From Chrysomallon squamiferum (lineage: Eukaryota > Animalia > Mollusca), in NCBI GenBank assembly GCA_012295275.1, contig CM022667.1, positions 15,686,001-15,750,000 of the forward strand: 64,000 nucleotides of DNA, read 5' to 3'. This document shows positions 28,893 through 43,962 of the stretch, piece after piece; within the stretch, counting starts at the first letter, position 1; every line of letters starts with the position of its first letter. Under the pieces are notes generated by a model. It saw only the letters and a list, made by a program, of their open reading frames with translations. It was not told the DNA's origin and searched no databases. Both the position numbers and the translations under genes were made by a program.

Positions 28893-30650
28893 GAACCGTA
28901 CAGCGGTAAAACGTTCCGTTATAGCGCGTCAGTAGTAGCAGTGACGGTAAAATGTATCAATATTTTCCGTCGGTAGACGTACTTCGGTAAAATGTGTCAT
29001 TTAATAACCGTCAGTAATAATACAGCATTTTCCGCCAGTAACCGTATAGTGTTAACAGGCACGGGTAAAATGTACCAGTATATTTCCGTCAAAAATCGTA
29101 AAGCCATAAAATATACGAGCATTTTCCGCTAATAATCGTACAATGGAAAAACGTAAAACGTACCAGTGTTTTCGGTCAACAGCTGCACAGTTATTAAAGT
29201 GTACGAACATTTTATTACGTCATAACATGACAGTAACGTGCATCATAACCGTACGTCACAGTTAAGAGTAACGCTGCGCTGTGTGTTACCAATAAATGTA
29301 TACAGCAAAAAACAACTCCAGTAAAATACATTAATAATCGTATAACGTCAAATATCTCCAATATTAAATGTCAACACAGAACTAAAGCAGTAAATTGTAC
29401 CAATAAAGAATGTCAATATTTATCATATAATGATAAAGTGTACCAATATTGTTCGTCAATATCTAAGAGTAAAATCTGTGCAAATAAAACACGTTAAAAT
29501 CGTATAATGTTAACGTTAAAGTCAATATTAAAGTGTTGATATTAATTTGCAGTACAGTGGCAAAGCGTATAAATATTATATCAATAGTAAAACTGCATCA
29601 GTAAACGTATAGCTGCAAAAAGGATATTAGTAATAAAACGTAAATAATCGCTCAAAGTGTTCCAATAATTTATTAACATCAATATTAACAGTACAGAGTT
29701 AAACTGTACAGTTATATACGGTCAGTGTTAACTGTATAATGTAAAAATGTATAGAGACTATAAATTGATATTACCATACAGCGGTAAGCGTACAAATACT
29801 ATAAATAAAATAACAGTTCAAGAGCAAAATATACCAATAATATATTTATTTTGCATATACCTAAATATATCACAACTGTTTATATACAAAGAAAAGGAAA
29901 GAAAAAGAAAGAAAGAAAGAAAGAAAGAAAAAAGAATCAAGGTCATTTTTAGTTGATATTAAGCATGCAGCTGTAAGTGTACAAATATAACAAAGAGAAT
30001 AACAATCAGTGGGCACAATGTACAAACGATACATTATTATACACATCTGTATTAGCCACAGAGCGGTTAAGTGTACCACAACTGTTATTTAAACAATCAA
30101 AGACATTATAAGTTGATATTACTATACAGCGGGAAGCGTGCAAATATTATAAATCAAATAACAATTTAAGAGCAAAATATATAAATAATATATTATTTTG
30201 CATATCAATATTAACCAAAAAACAAACAAACCGTGAAGTGTACCATAATTTGTTTAAAAAAGAAATAAAAAAAGGTTTCAAAGATATAAATATTATAAAT
30301 CAAATTAAAATTTAAGAGCAAAATGTACCAACAATACGTTAATATGAACACAAGTATTAGCCCTAAAGTGTTAATGTGTATCGTTGCTGTTTATCAAAAT
30401 CAACAACGACCATCAAACAAAACAATAACAACAAAACCGCAACGACATTATAAGCTGATACTAACCATGCATCATCGGTAAGTGTACAAATATCATCAAT
30501 CAAATAACAATGTACGAACAACACCATTATTACACACACGTGTACCAGCCACGTAGGAGTGGAGTGTACAATAACTGTTGATTATAAAGCAATGATACAC
30601 ATTACAAAACATCGGTGTATCAATAACACATGTCAATACAGCGGTAATTT
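28893..30650. repeat. Long degenerate satellite (monomer about 40 bp) with higher-order period of about 345 bp in its distal part
   Basis: Monomer close to AACCGTACAGCGGTAAAATGTACCAATATTTTCCGTCAGT; homologous blocks with TGATA(T/C)TA anchors at 29766, 30114 and 30456. Confidence 0.75.
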
Positions 30651-31189
30651 ACTGTCAGTTAAAAAAAACGGAGATTAATATACATCACGTTAAACCTTGA
30701 TAGGGGCACAGCAGCAAAGTGTTGTCGTTATAATTCGTTAAAATATGAACATGCAGCTGCTAATGCGGATCGGTGACACTGATCAATAATCGCTTTGCTT
30801 GTTCATTAATAAGAACAACGTGGGAGAGACTACGTCCTCCTCCGCGTTCATTTACGATGTACGTGTCGCTTTTATTTGTAAATATAATTGTATTATGTTT
30901 CTCTGCACTGTAACTTCACAGTGTATGAGAATAACGCCATTGTCATTTTCACTGTCTTAGCGTCAGGGTGTATCAAAGTTGACAGTACTGATTCAGTTAA
31001 CAATGTTAACTGTAATATACAAAATACACTACTCTTTATATATTATATTACTTTTTCATGAAAATGTATTATTTTATAAGATAATTTCCTTTTATTTTTC
31101 ATTTTTTCTCTTTCTATTTATGAGTGTATTTTGTTCTCCTTTCATCTTAAACCCTCTCACCTCTTTGTAAACCACTCATTTCTTTGTAA

Positions 31190-31305
<116 letters not shown>

Positions 31306-32369
31306 CACTCTCTCAAAACAACATAGACATTTATAACTGATTCCTTATTCTCTCTCATATGCATACATTTCATTTTATTTTATTTTTACTTTTCTTTCTT
31401 TTTTTTTTTTTTTTTTTTTCTTTCCTTCTTTTTATTGAAACCTTCGAAATAACAAGACAAGGAAGAAGGTGAAAAAAACGAGAACCTCACTGATTTGTGG
31501 ATGCGTCTTTACTGTTTATATTTATCTCGACGCACATTCACTTGGGAATTATTTTTCTTTTTCTCTTTTTTTCAGCCTCCTCAGTACTTTGTGATTTGTT
31601 TTGTTAAAAAAAAAGAGAAGAATTATTTCATTTTCTTCTAATGTGCAAGTGACATGCGCAGAAGTCAAAAATCAATGAAAATTGAATTTCCTAACTTAAA
31701 ACGGTATCAATTTGCAGGCAATATGACAAGATTGAAAACTCTGATATTTATGCAGTGTTGAATCCAGCTACTTTTTGGATTTTGTTAATATTTTATTTAC
31801 TTTTTTTAATGTCGAAAATATTTTGTGACATAAGTGGAATAAGGCTCGATTTAAGAAATTCCAACTAGCACGGTAATAATATATCTACATATACAGATTT
31901 ACAGATCAACGTATCAAAATACAAAATGCATATGCATATATATGCATATACACATGCTTAATTATATTTAATTTACTCTCTCTCTCTATATATATATACA
32001 TATCGGCGCGTCTTATCACGCGAACAGTCTGTTCGATATGTTCGATACAAACACACGTACACAAAACTCATACATGTAGATATACACACACATAAACACA
32101 CATGCACTCATCTATATTAACGGAGAACAATTTAGAACGAATAAATGATAATCCTGACGAAGCTTTTGACAAAACCCCTTGATCATTCCACGCTAACGAA
32201 TGCAGCCGAGTGACACAACAAAGAACACCTATCGAATAACAGCAATCCATCTGAATCGCTAATTACAAGCAAATCAATATAATTATTTTTATGTTTCACT
32301 GACAGTGTTTCAAACAAACAGATGATAATCTTTCTATATATTTACATATATATGCATATATTATTCTTA

Positions 32370-32409
<40 letters not shown>

Positions 32410-33471
32410 TTATAAGGAGATATATTAGAATTAAAAATTGTGTACAGTATACATAGAAGATGAGCTGGTTCTCTGCCACCTAGAAGGTGAATATAAAATA
32501 ATTATTTATGATACACTCACCTCAACCAGTTTATCGATATAATTAGTATTATGACAGATGTTTCACGTTAAAGTAATTGTCGATATAGAGATAACATAGG
32601 CGCAGAGATCCTTTTCTTATAATACTGCCAACGTTTCATCACTATTAATTCTATTTTATTTTAATTCTTCTTCCTTATTTATTTATTTTTCTTCGTGTTC
32701 TTCTTTTCTAGAGGGGGTGTGTTTTGTTTGTTTTTTGAGTTTTTTAATTTGTTTTTATGTTATTATTATTATTTTTACATTTTATATATATAAATATTCT
32801 GTAATTTCATATTATTGCTACTTAATGAATCCAAAAACGTGAGTAAAAAGGTGAATATAATTATAAAATTCTTTGCACACCGATTTTTTTTCTTTCTTCT
32901 TTTTAAAATATTAAAACCACCACAGTAGACATATCCCCACTTGTTTTCCTAAAACCGTCCTTGACTGACATAACATGCAGTAAGATCTTAAAATAGGCAT
33001 GCTAAATAATCTAATAATGTAATTTCACTGAAAACTCACTGACGTGACGGACAAACATATATTTTTACACGTAACGGATGTTTATGTCTCTGTTTTGAGG
33101 GTATTTGTAGATTCAGCGAAGAAAAAAATAAGTTTTTTTTTTCTCTTGTTTTGGAAAACTGTCAAAACATGAAATTAGTGTTAGCGAAAAAGAAAGATAT
33201 ACTAATAAAGGGAATCTAAAACAAATGCGAAGTTTGGTTCTGATTTGTTCCAGGAATTATAATTATGACCAACAGAAGGGCAAACAGACATGGATGAAAT
33301 TGTCTGGATAGCTAAAAGATGTTAGTATACTTGTTTTACAATGCAATAGCGATCTGCACAAATAAAATGTTAAACTGTTTAACAGGAGTGTAGGACAGTG
33401 CGGAGAGGGTGTTATAAAGGGGAGAAAAACTGAGAAATCGAAGTCGAAGAGAAAGAATATATATTTCTGAG

Positions 33472-33586
<115 letters not shown>

Positions 33587-34149
33587 TCAGTGAGTCATAG
33601 AGAGACACACAGACAGACAACAGACAGAGAGAGATACACAAATACATATGCATAACAAAAACGTCAGTAAAACAGATATTCCCCCTCTTTCCTACTAACT
33701 GCATAAACCCCATCTAGATCTTTTTAATTCAGTTCAAACCTCCACATCACCTGCATCACTCACCTCTTTTCAAGTATCTGTTTACTGCCCTAGACAATTG
33801 CTGCCTTTGCACTGTTTTACAACTCAGTAATAAAACAACAGGCTGAGAAAAGCTGGCTGCGTCGTATCTGGTATTTCCAAATTAATACGAGAGTTCTGCC
33901 TTTGTCACTATTGATTTAGTAATGATGTTGTAGTCCAGGTTTTCGTTTATGTTTCGAGTTATGTCTTTTGTTATAGACTGACTATTGATTGCGATTCCGT
34001 TAAAACTACTCTAATTGTTTAAATCCTTGGCTCGTTTTCTAAGAAACTGATTTCTTTCCCTTTCTTTTTTTTTTTTTAATTTTTAATCTCAAGAACTTGA
34101 ATTATTTGGAATGCTTTCGTTCTATACATTTTTTTTATAAATGATTTGG

Positions 34150-34211
<62 letters not shown>

Positions 34212-34250
34212 AAATAGTTGCAGGAGTAACAATATTATTATTATTATTAT

Positions 34251-34282
<32 letters not shown>

Positions 34283-34319
34283 ATAATTATAATAATTAGT
34301 AATAGTAATATTAAGCTAT

Positions 34320-34775
34320 TTGAAAAGTGCTTGATAATACTGAAATGCTTAGTAATATTTAACGTTTTGGATAATACCTAAATGTTGGCAATACTGAAGT
34401 GATCAGAAATATTGTTTTATTTGATAATAATGAAGTGTTTGTCAATACTGAACTGTTTGATGTGTTTAGTAATATTTAACCATTTGAAATAATGACACGT
34501 TTTGTAATATTTAACAATTTGAAATAATGACATGTTTAGTCATATTTGACAATTTGAAATAATGACATGTTTAGTAATATTTAACAATTTGAAATAATGA
34601 CATGTTTAGTAATATTTAACAATTTGAAATAGTGACACGTTTAGTAATATTTAACAATTTGATAATAACGTTTTTAGTAATATTTAACAATTTGGGAATA
34701 ATGAGGTGTTTAGTAATATTTAACGATTTCATAATAATGACGTCTTTAATCATATTTAACGATTTGATAACAGAG
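34320..34775. repeat. 35-bp minisatellite (about 8 good copies) preceded by diverged 17-18-bp subunits
   Basis: TTTAGTAATATTTAACAATTTGAAATAATGACATG repeated over about 34465-34770; upstream GTTTGATAATACTGAAAT-like half units. Confidence 0.9.
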
Positions 34776-35945
34776 AAATGCATGACAATACTAAATGCAT
34801 GATGCTTGTGATCAATACAGAACTTGTAGATAATTCATCTCGATCAATTTAATCAACATCAAACAGCTTCATGGGTCCAAAGATAAGGACAGTGTTTTAT
34901 AATATTCTAAGGACTGACTGGAAATGTTAACGTAGAATTATAAATGGCAACAATGGGATCGAGTCCCTGTGTCTGAATGTGTGACAATGGATAAATGAAG
35001 CAAAGAATGAATAAATAAAAAATATGAATGATATATCTGTATCTATATTTCTATTTATATCTATCTATCTATATATCTATATTTCTATTTATATCTATCT
35101 ATCTATATATCTATCTATCTGTCTGACTGTCTCTCTGTCTGTATGTCTGTCTGTATATTTGTCTATATGTGTGTGTGTTACACGTCTGAATTTGTGCTTC
35201 CGTCCTTTAGAGTGTTAACAGAACCATTCTATGACGTACACACTTCACTCAAAACAAATATTACCAGATATTTCAGAAAAATAACACACGTAACCCAAAT
35301 AAATATACTGACTGATTCTACGAGGCTTCAGTTTCATATTCTTTGTTTTTAATGAGGCTTGCAATATATGTATCCGAATTGCATTTAAAAATCAGACCGT
35401 TTTTATAATGGACATTAAGTCTGAGTTTTGAATTTGAATATACTTATATATAGATAATTATCAGCAGAACTAACATCCCTGGATTGTTTTCTGTATGTTC
35501 TTAACGAAAAAAGAATTTACACCAAAATAACCTGTATGACGATTTGAAGCTTCCTAAGATGGATTAGTTTTGTGATGCAGTTTTAAACAAGCCATTGTGT
35601 AACTGATGCCAACTAATGAGCTGATAAACAGCCTACGGTCTACATAATTTTAAAATAATGATGGCATCTTTAAAGAGATTCTCGAAACGACCGACCGCTC
35701 TAAGTACAAATTCAAGAAGCTATTTTTGTCAATTATTTTAAGAAAACTAATTATACACGAATTTCATCGTTAGCCATTTTAAAGCCTGAGCAGAAGGCTG
35801 TTTTCAAAATATTATTGTAGAAAAGACCGTTATCGAAACGAACTTCAATGGAATCCATTTCTGCAAACGTGCGTATGATAAGAAACCATTTGCTTTGTTA
35901 TGCCTCGCCTCTTCTATTTGACTCATTTCACGCATTCATTTGGTA

Positions 35946-35995
<50 letters not shown>

Positions 35996-36284
35996 AAAGA
36001 GAGAGATAAAAGGAACATCAACGAATCTAAACAGTTGAGAACACGTAACACAAAAGGTTAATCGCGCAGGACGAGGCAGAAAATCTACCACTTCGACGAC
36101 ATGATTTGGTCAAAAGCATAGTTCAGTCCAGAAACTGGTCTCGCGTGTATCTGCTGAAGACGCGCAATTTGCATGTATGACAGCTTAACGCCTCAGCGTA
36201 GACAGTTCGCCAATAAGCGCGTGACATTTTTCTCAGTCATGCATTACCCACAGAGCATCGCACGCAAACAAAAATGGAACTTAC

Positions 36285-36532
36285 CGTCTGCTGTATCAGT
36301 TGGCGAAAATTCCTCTTCTGCTGCGAGGCTGATGATGAGTGAGAGAGAGAGAAAAGCAAAACAAAATAAAACAAAACAAAAAAAACACACACCTCCTTCA
36401 AAAATTAGAAAGTAACTCCTGTGCCGACAACGTTAAAACTCCGTTTTCGGTTTATAAGACAACCGTTGTTTAACACACACAACTTGTTCGATGTTGCTAC
36501 TCGCTAGGCTCACAGCAGAAACACTGTTTATA
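36285..36532 (-). promoter_or_regulatory. Candidate TATA promoter and non-coding first exon
   Basis: TATAAA on the minus strand at 36532-36527; an A 31 nt downstream (36501) in gcgAGTag; donor ACG|GTAAGT at 36285|36284; CpG-rich block upstream (36580-36880). Confidence 0.35.
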
Positions 36533-37575
36533 TCAAATTAAGAAAATTTGATTTCTATCCACTGGTGCTGTTTGAACCGCCAGTACAGCTTTCGTGCGTC
36601 GATCGATTTCTGCTCTCGCTCATATCCAAACGTTTAAAGTAATGCAATTCCACTGTACTGAGAGTTCTGCCATAATGCAGACAGACGTCGATTCCGTCCG
36701 AAAAGGCACTTCGGAGATACTCGGTGCTCGCAGATTAGGCGCGAAACATTTCGGAATCTTACGTCGGTCTAGAAACCGTTCGTGTCCTTCCGACCAGTTC
36801 GGAAATCGTCGGATAAGTTCGAGTTTCTGGTTATTGCTATTAACAAGCGGTGCCTTGGTCCGAGTTGACATTTAATAAACTTTCGTTGCAGGGAAGAAAA
36901 GAAATCAATTGATCCTCTTATTCTTCAATTATGAAAGGATGAGCATGAACAACGTTGGTATTAGGTTTCAATTTCCTTTTTACAGTAACCCCTAATCACG
37001 CTCTTCAATATCTGTTGCAAGTTCTGTTATTTTCCGGGACTGTTTATATTACACGAATTTACACGTACATAAACATGCACATAAACACATTCGCACATAG
37101 ATATAATATGCTTGCACAAAGAGATTGTATAACAGAATAAACATACACAGATACATATGTGCAAGAAGAGAAAAAGAGACAGACAAGCCTTAATGTTATA
37201 TTCATGAAGAAAAACACAGAAAGAAAGAAAAGTACAAAAAAAGAAAAAAAAAAATAGAATAACAATAACGAAACAAAAACCCCAGTAATATTAACAGAAA
37301 GAGAGAATGAAAGTTTTCGAATGTATGTTAGAGATCGAATTTTTTTCAGCAAGTTTAAGTACATAGAACACTTTTTTTTATTTATTATGTTTTGGTTACG
37401 TTATATGTTTAATTGTTTTTGCATTTAGATTCAGATGTATTATCCTTAATTAAATTTATATATTTATTCTACTTTGATTTATTGATTTATATCATTTAAA
37501 TGAAAGAGAGATAGAAAAAAAGAAAGATTATTCTAGTTCATTTTACTGATTTTATATACGTGTTTAAGGTACAGC

Positions 37576-37577
<2 letters not shown>

Positions 37578-37660
<83 letters not shown>
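37578..37660. repeat. (CA)n microsatellite
   Basis: Direct reading. Confidence 0.95.
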
Positions 37661-37662
<2 letters not shown>

Positions 37663-37959
37663 TCAGTGCCATTTATTTATCATTAGAGTACAAAACAGAC
37701 AACTAAAATAGGCGAAACAAAAACAAGAAAAACAGTTTCTGAAATACACCAGCATTCTATTTCTTTATATTGATGCCAGATCGGATTTGTTTTTCTTCTT
37801 ATTTCTATATATATAATTTTTTTTTATTTCTTCCTTCTCTTTCACTCATTTTTAAAGAATTTTTCCTTTCCACTTTTTATTATTATTTTCTTCTTTCTTT
37901 TCCTTTATTCTTATCTTTCAACCGCTATCACTACTAGTGACTGTCTTCTTTTTCTTCTT

Positions 37960-38057
<98 letters not shown>

Positions 38058-38772
38058 TTTTATTTTATTTTAGTTTATTTTATTTTGTTTGTTTATTTTA
38101 TTTTATTTTATTATTTTCTTCTTCTGCTGCTTTCTATGCTTTCAAAATACATTCTTTAGCAACATAAAAGGCTAGGGCTAAAAAGTTGTAACACAATTCT
38201 AAAACCTATGACGTCAGACGTTCTTTCATACCCAGCACAAAGAGGGGCTAAAACGCGGACGGTTTTATTTGCAGAATAAACGAACACGTTACGCTTGCGC
38301 TAAACTGAACAGCGTTAACCGGATGTAAGACTTTATTGATCAAAATAATCGAAAATAAAAATACATAAAATACAGTAACACAGAAACAGGAGTATGTGAA
38401 GAAAAGGGCGTATTCCACCGTGCTACAGAAGGTTAAAGTAATTATATCAAATTGCTGAGTGTTGTTTCAAAAGATACGTTCTGAAATTATGACCGCTGGT
38501 TAACGATTTCGCCTGTAAGGGATTGTCTGCCAGTTATAAATAATTCATTGGCCACGTTTGTCTGACGTCATGTAACATTGCGTGAGGGAGTGGGGGGTAT
38601 GTATGTACGTATAGGTGTAATGATGTATGAATGGCTGGATGGCGTGAAGGACGAATGGATGGGGTCATGTATGTATTTATTGTATATAATGTTCTGTGTA
38701 GGAATGCATGTATATATATGTACATATGTATGTGTGTGTGTGTGTGTGTGTGTGTACATATATACATGCGAC

Positions 38773-38828
<56 letters not shown>

Positions 38829-39397
38829 ATGTAACTGTGTGTATATTTCTATATGTATGTAGATGTTTGTTTGTATGCATCTGTACGTACATTCGTAGAT
38901 GGTCGGTGGATATATCGTATGTATAATCGAAACTGACGTAATGGTCACCTATGCAGAACGACCACCTAGCTATAACGTCACCGCAAATCCACACACAAAG
39001 TATTAACCTCTTTAATTGACCGGAACAGAACCAGTAGTACCTGCCACTATCTTTCATTAAGACCCCACCCCCCACCCCCAAAAAACTCGTTGACTAAGCC
39101 GCTATAACGGTCACAACATTTCAAACATTTGCAAATTCCATTGAAAAACACACAAACATTCATTAACATCTCGGACACAATGTAACAGCCCTCTAGTGAA
39201 GTGTTTCGCCTGGGTCTGTATAGTAGTATGTGTATAATAGTATGTGTATAATAGTATGTGCATGTCGGTTCTGTATCTACATCTACGTGTCCCATGTGGT
39301 TTTTTTAGGTGTTTTCTTTATGAATATTGCTTGCATAATTATGCATATGTTATGCATATTTTTCACTAGTAGTGTCTACATGCATGTGTGTGTTTCT

Positions 39398-39440
<43 letters not shown>

Positions 39441-39708
39441 TGTTTTTGTGTGTTTGTCTTTCAAAACATTTTTTTTTTTTTTTCTGTAATGCTTTTATTC
39501 ATGTTTTTCTTTTTTTTTTATTTTTTTTTTTTAATTTCGTTTTCTTGTTTCAGTCCTAAATTAGTTAATTAATTTTCCATTTTCCCCCCTAAAAAACGTG
39601 ATTCCTAAGAGGATTTCGTGTGTTGCACTTTCAACAGATACGCTGTACCTGTGTATTGATTTTTGTATTAACGTGTGTGAGCACTGAAAACAGACATTAA
39701 AAAAATAC

Positions 39709-39711
<3 letters not shown>

Positions 39712-39793
<82 letters not shown>
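39712..39793. repeat. (GA)n microsatellite
   Basis: Direct reading. Confidence 0.95.
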
Positions 39794-39796
<3 letters not shown>

Positions 39797-40219
39797 TTAT
39801 AAACGAAACAAAAGAGCAAAACCATACAAATATGAAGTAAAAGATTTAAAAAAAAAATTTCGAAGAAAGTGAAAGAAAATATTAATTAAATTCTTCACAT
39901 TACTTTACAAATCTTATTTATAGATGTGGTTTTAATCTAGATTTAAGTTTTTTTTTTCTTAACATAAAACATAATTACTAGCTGTTGACTGTCGATGTAA
40001 CAACTTTCGTAGAATATAAAATGGTGCGTGTATGTGTATGTATATTTCAATAAATGTGTGAAATAGAATTATGCATATCTAATGATGTAAATGTGCATGC
40101 ATAGATACATGCACATACACACATACATACAAGCATGCTATATATATATATACATACGCACTTACATAGAATAATTACAGTAGTTGTGATAACAACAATA
40201 ACAACAACAACAACAACAC

Positions 40220-40253
<34 letters not shown>

Positions 40254-40521
40254 GGTGTAGGACACGAACGCAATTCGTTTTAATTATCTAAAATTTAACT
40301 GAAGTTTGATGTACGCCTGGTGATTTTCTTTTTATAGAAAAGATATTAAATAGCTGGTTAGCAGTATGTATATAATTCAAAACAGAGTCTGCATAACCTC
40401 TCTCATTTACGATATCGCTCGGAGACTAATATCTTCAATTATTGTAATAATTGATAAAATGAAAAGTACACGAGGGGTAAAGAAATATTCAGGAAAGGGT
40501 CAAAGAGATAATGGGAAGGAT

Positions 40522-40640
<119 letters not shown>

Positions 40641-41159
40641 AGAAAGGAGGATAAGCACGATAGGGTAAAAGACAGAGAGACGGACAGACACGTGTTCCGA
40701 CAATCATAGATACATTTATTACTTTTGACAGAGAAGGTTTTCTTGGTGTACCATAAAGATAACTGGAACCGCCGTTAGTCATCAGATGAGTAACGTTGGT
40801 TTCCAGAAGAACTTCAGGTCATAATGATTTGATTTAGCCCTGTGTGTATACCTGAAATTAACTTTCATGTTTTGCAACCCCGCAAATTCTATTTTCCTCG
40901 TGGTAATTATGATGAATATTAGTTAACAGCATTAAATCATTTTATTTTTCAAGGATGATTTTTTTAAATAAAAATAAAAATGTTATCATCAAAGGCCATG
41001 TGGCAAGTAATACCTGAGAGCCTGACGGCAGGTAAATTACATTTCATCTGCAGTGTGTTTTGCTTTAAAAACAAATGCACATTTCTAAAATTATAAAGAA
41101 TTATTATTTATTTTAATACTGCTTTATCACCTTTTCTGTCAGGGTTTTTATTAATATCT

Positions 41160-41195
41160 TATTATCATCATCATAATTATCATTACAATTACTAG

Positions 41196-41228
<33 letters not shown>

Positions 41229-41362
41229 CATCACCATTATTAATACTACTGCTATCACTACTACCACAACTTTTACTGTTAACATCACCATGACTAATAT
41301 TGCTACCACAGTCACCACCACAGTCATCACTATCACCAACCAACACCTCTACTATTTCCACA

Positions 41363-41445
<83 letters not shown>
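41160..41445. repeat. (TAC)n and related trinucleotide low-complexity tract
   Basis: Direct reading; pure (TAC)n at about 41363-41445. Confidence 0.9.
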
Positions 41446-41449
<4 letters not shown>

Positions 41450-42642
41450 TCTACTTCTGTTGCTACTATAGAATGGTCTTCAAATTTCTTCTGTTAACTA
41501 AATTTGCTACCTCGATTTATTTCCATTGATTCTTATTATATTTGATATTTTTCACCTCTTTTATTAGATCTATAGCCATTAACTCTGGTATTGCCATTTT
41601 GACTAAAATAATGTTGTCACCTGTGATTAATCAATATCTTCTCACCTGTACATTATACAAAGTTTGCATACCTGACTTTTATGTCGGAACCGAAGCAGGT
41701 GATTCACTAATAATCAGTGAATTGCGTCCCAGACTGAGTTATGGGTGTTTAGCGACGACATCTCGACTACACGCAGTCCAGGAACGAATAAATAAACCAA
41801 TATTTGTTTAACGCGTTTGCACAGCAACAAAACAAATTTAGCAATTAACGGTTGCTGGGTGTAAGTTATTTGGCTCTTGCCTAATGTTGGTTATGAAAGA
41901 GGAAATTTGCTGATGCAACACACTGAAGTACTGACAAATCAACAGAAGAAAAAAAACTCGTCTACATGCATCTTCTCACATGCAGGAGAATGTATGGCAT
42001 AGTCTTTGGTAAATAAGATAGGAGAAATTAGCTTAAGATTGAAATATCCAAAGGGGCACTTTGAAAGTTCTCGATACTGTTTTTTCTAATCATTTAGTTT
42101 ATACTCGCAATATCAGTGATTATTTTACAATGCGTTCTTTTGGGTTTCTATAGGATTAATATTTGGTCACTGTTGTATGTGAGAAATTTTAGATTTAGTT
42201 CAGTTTAGGAAATGGATACTAACTATTTATGTACACCGCCCCCCCAAAAAAAATTCAAGCGCATGAAATGTACAATGAATAAAATATCTAGGATGCAAAA
42301 ACATGTCCAGATCCCGCTTGTTATAGAAATTATTATAAAAATTATAGTTATTTGTTGGTCACACCCTGTTAACAGATCCTTAGCACACCTAATTATGTCT
42401 TTGTTTCTTCTTCTTCTTCTTACAAATCATAGTTAATGAGCAAGTATAACAAGAAAAGAGTAGACCATAACCACTATTGGTAAAGGATGACATGAGGGCA
42501 TATAGAACGGACCAATATGCTATAAATTTAAGTTTGTTTCAGAAATGTCAGAAGAAAACTCAGCTGCAAGTCCATCATGTACGTGATGACGTCACGATTC
42601 CAGCTCTAATGGTATAATCTGGTAATGTATTAATATATATAT

Positions 42643-42737
42643 ATGTATGTATGTATGTATCTATCTATGTATGTATGTATGTATGTATGTATGTATGTAT
42701 GTATGTATGTATGTATGTATGTATGTATGTATGTATG
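42643..42737. repeat. (TATG)n microsatellite
   Basis: Direct reading. Confidence 0.95.
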
Positions 42738-43431
42738 AATGTATGTAATACTATGACTGTATCGCAATACTGAACTATAAGATATAACAGATCGTACAAA
42801 ACAGTGAAAACTTAAATTCCAAGAATTTTATTAGCTCGTTTTACTCGTGTACCCTGTAACGAATCCTTCTTCTCTCTAAGCGAGCGCACCCTAATTATCT
42901 TTCTTGATTTCTTCTTCACTAGACGTCGCTCTAGTGAATCGCGCGGTATGACGGCGTCTTTAATTAAGCTGAAATTTAGAAGGGTTTGTTTGCTTATTAT
43001 TAATTCATGAAGTAACTTAACGATGTATTTTGACTTTCGAGTAATTGAATTCTGCAACTACTAGTTTCTTTGAGGTTAATTTATTTCTTTTCAACGATTT
43101 TAAAGAGTGGTATTGATTGTATTTAAGATTTGTAAATGAATTTGGATGCTGATGCACACAGACGATCATGCATATATATGAGTTCAGGTGGGTAGGTGCA
43201 CGAGTACGTTTTATTGTGTGCACTACACACACACACATATATATATATAGTAGCATTTATCTCAATAATTCTATTACAATCATATCTTTCAATGCGAATT
43301 CAGTGTCAGATTTTCTTTCTTTTTTTCTTTTTTTTTTGTCTGTCTATCTGTCTGTCTTCTTCGATTCTTCTTTTTTTCTTTCCTCTCAGTTTTATTTCTT
43401 ATTTACTCTAAATTGTTTGTTTATTCAAGTA

Positions 43432-43493
<62 letters not shown>

Positions 43494-43600
43494 ACGAATG
43501 AAACACTGCGAGAGAGAAATGATAGACAATGAATAAAGGATAATGAGACTTAGAAGATGTAGAAGAAGAAGAATGGAAGAGTGAGACATACACAGGAAAA

Positions 43601-43962
43601 TACATACATACATACATACATACATACATACATACATACATACACATACATACAAACATACATACACACACATACATACATACACACACATACATACATA
43701 CATACATACATACATACACACACACATACATACATACACACACAAACATACATACATACAAACATACATACACACACACATACATACATACATACATACA
43801 AACATACATACATACACACACATACATACATACATACATACATACATACACACACACATACATACATACACACACATACATAGATACAGACACACACACA
43901 TACATATGCAGACATACAAACACACATATAAGCAGACATACACACATACAGACATACATACA
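43601..43962. repeat. Compound (CATA)n/(CA)n microsatellite, about 360 bp
   Basis: Direct reading; source of the 137-183 aa MYVC-repeat pseudo-ORFs. Confidence 0.95.

Noticed and set aside
36594-36875. Overlapping 93-aa (+) and 83-aa (-) ORFs
   Set aside because: No recognisable motif or flanking splice signals; open frames are expected by chance in a GC-richer island.
42045-42085. AGGGGCACTTTGAAAGTT resembling a mariner-type TIR
   Set aside because: No partner inverted repeat, TA duplication or transposase remnant found.
42850-42870. TACCCTGTA resembling the miR-10 5' end (would suggest a Hox cluster)
   Set aside because: Only 9 nt match and no hairpin.
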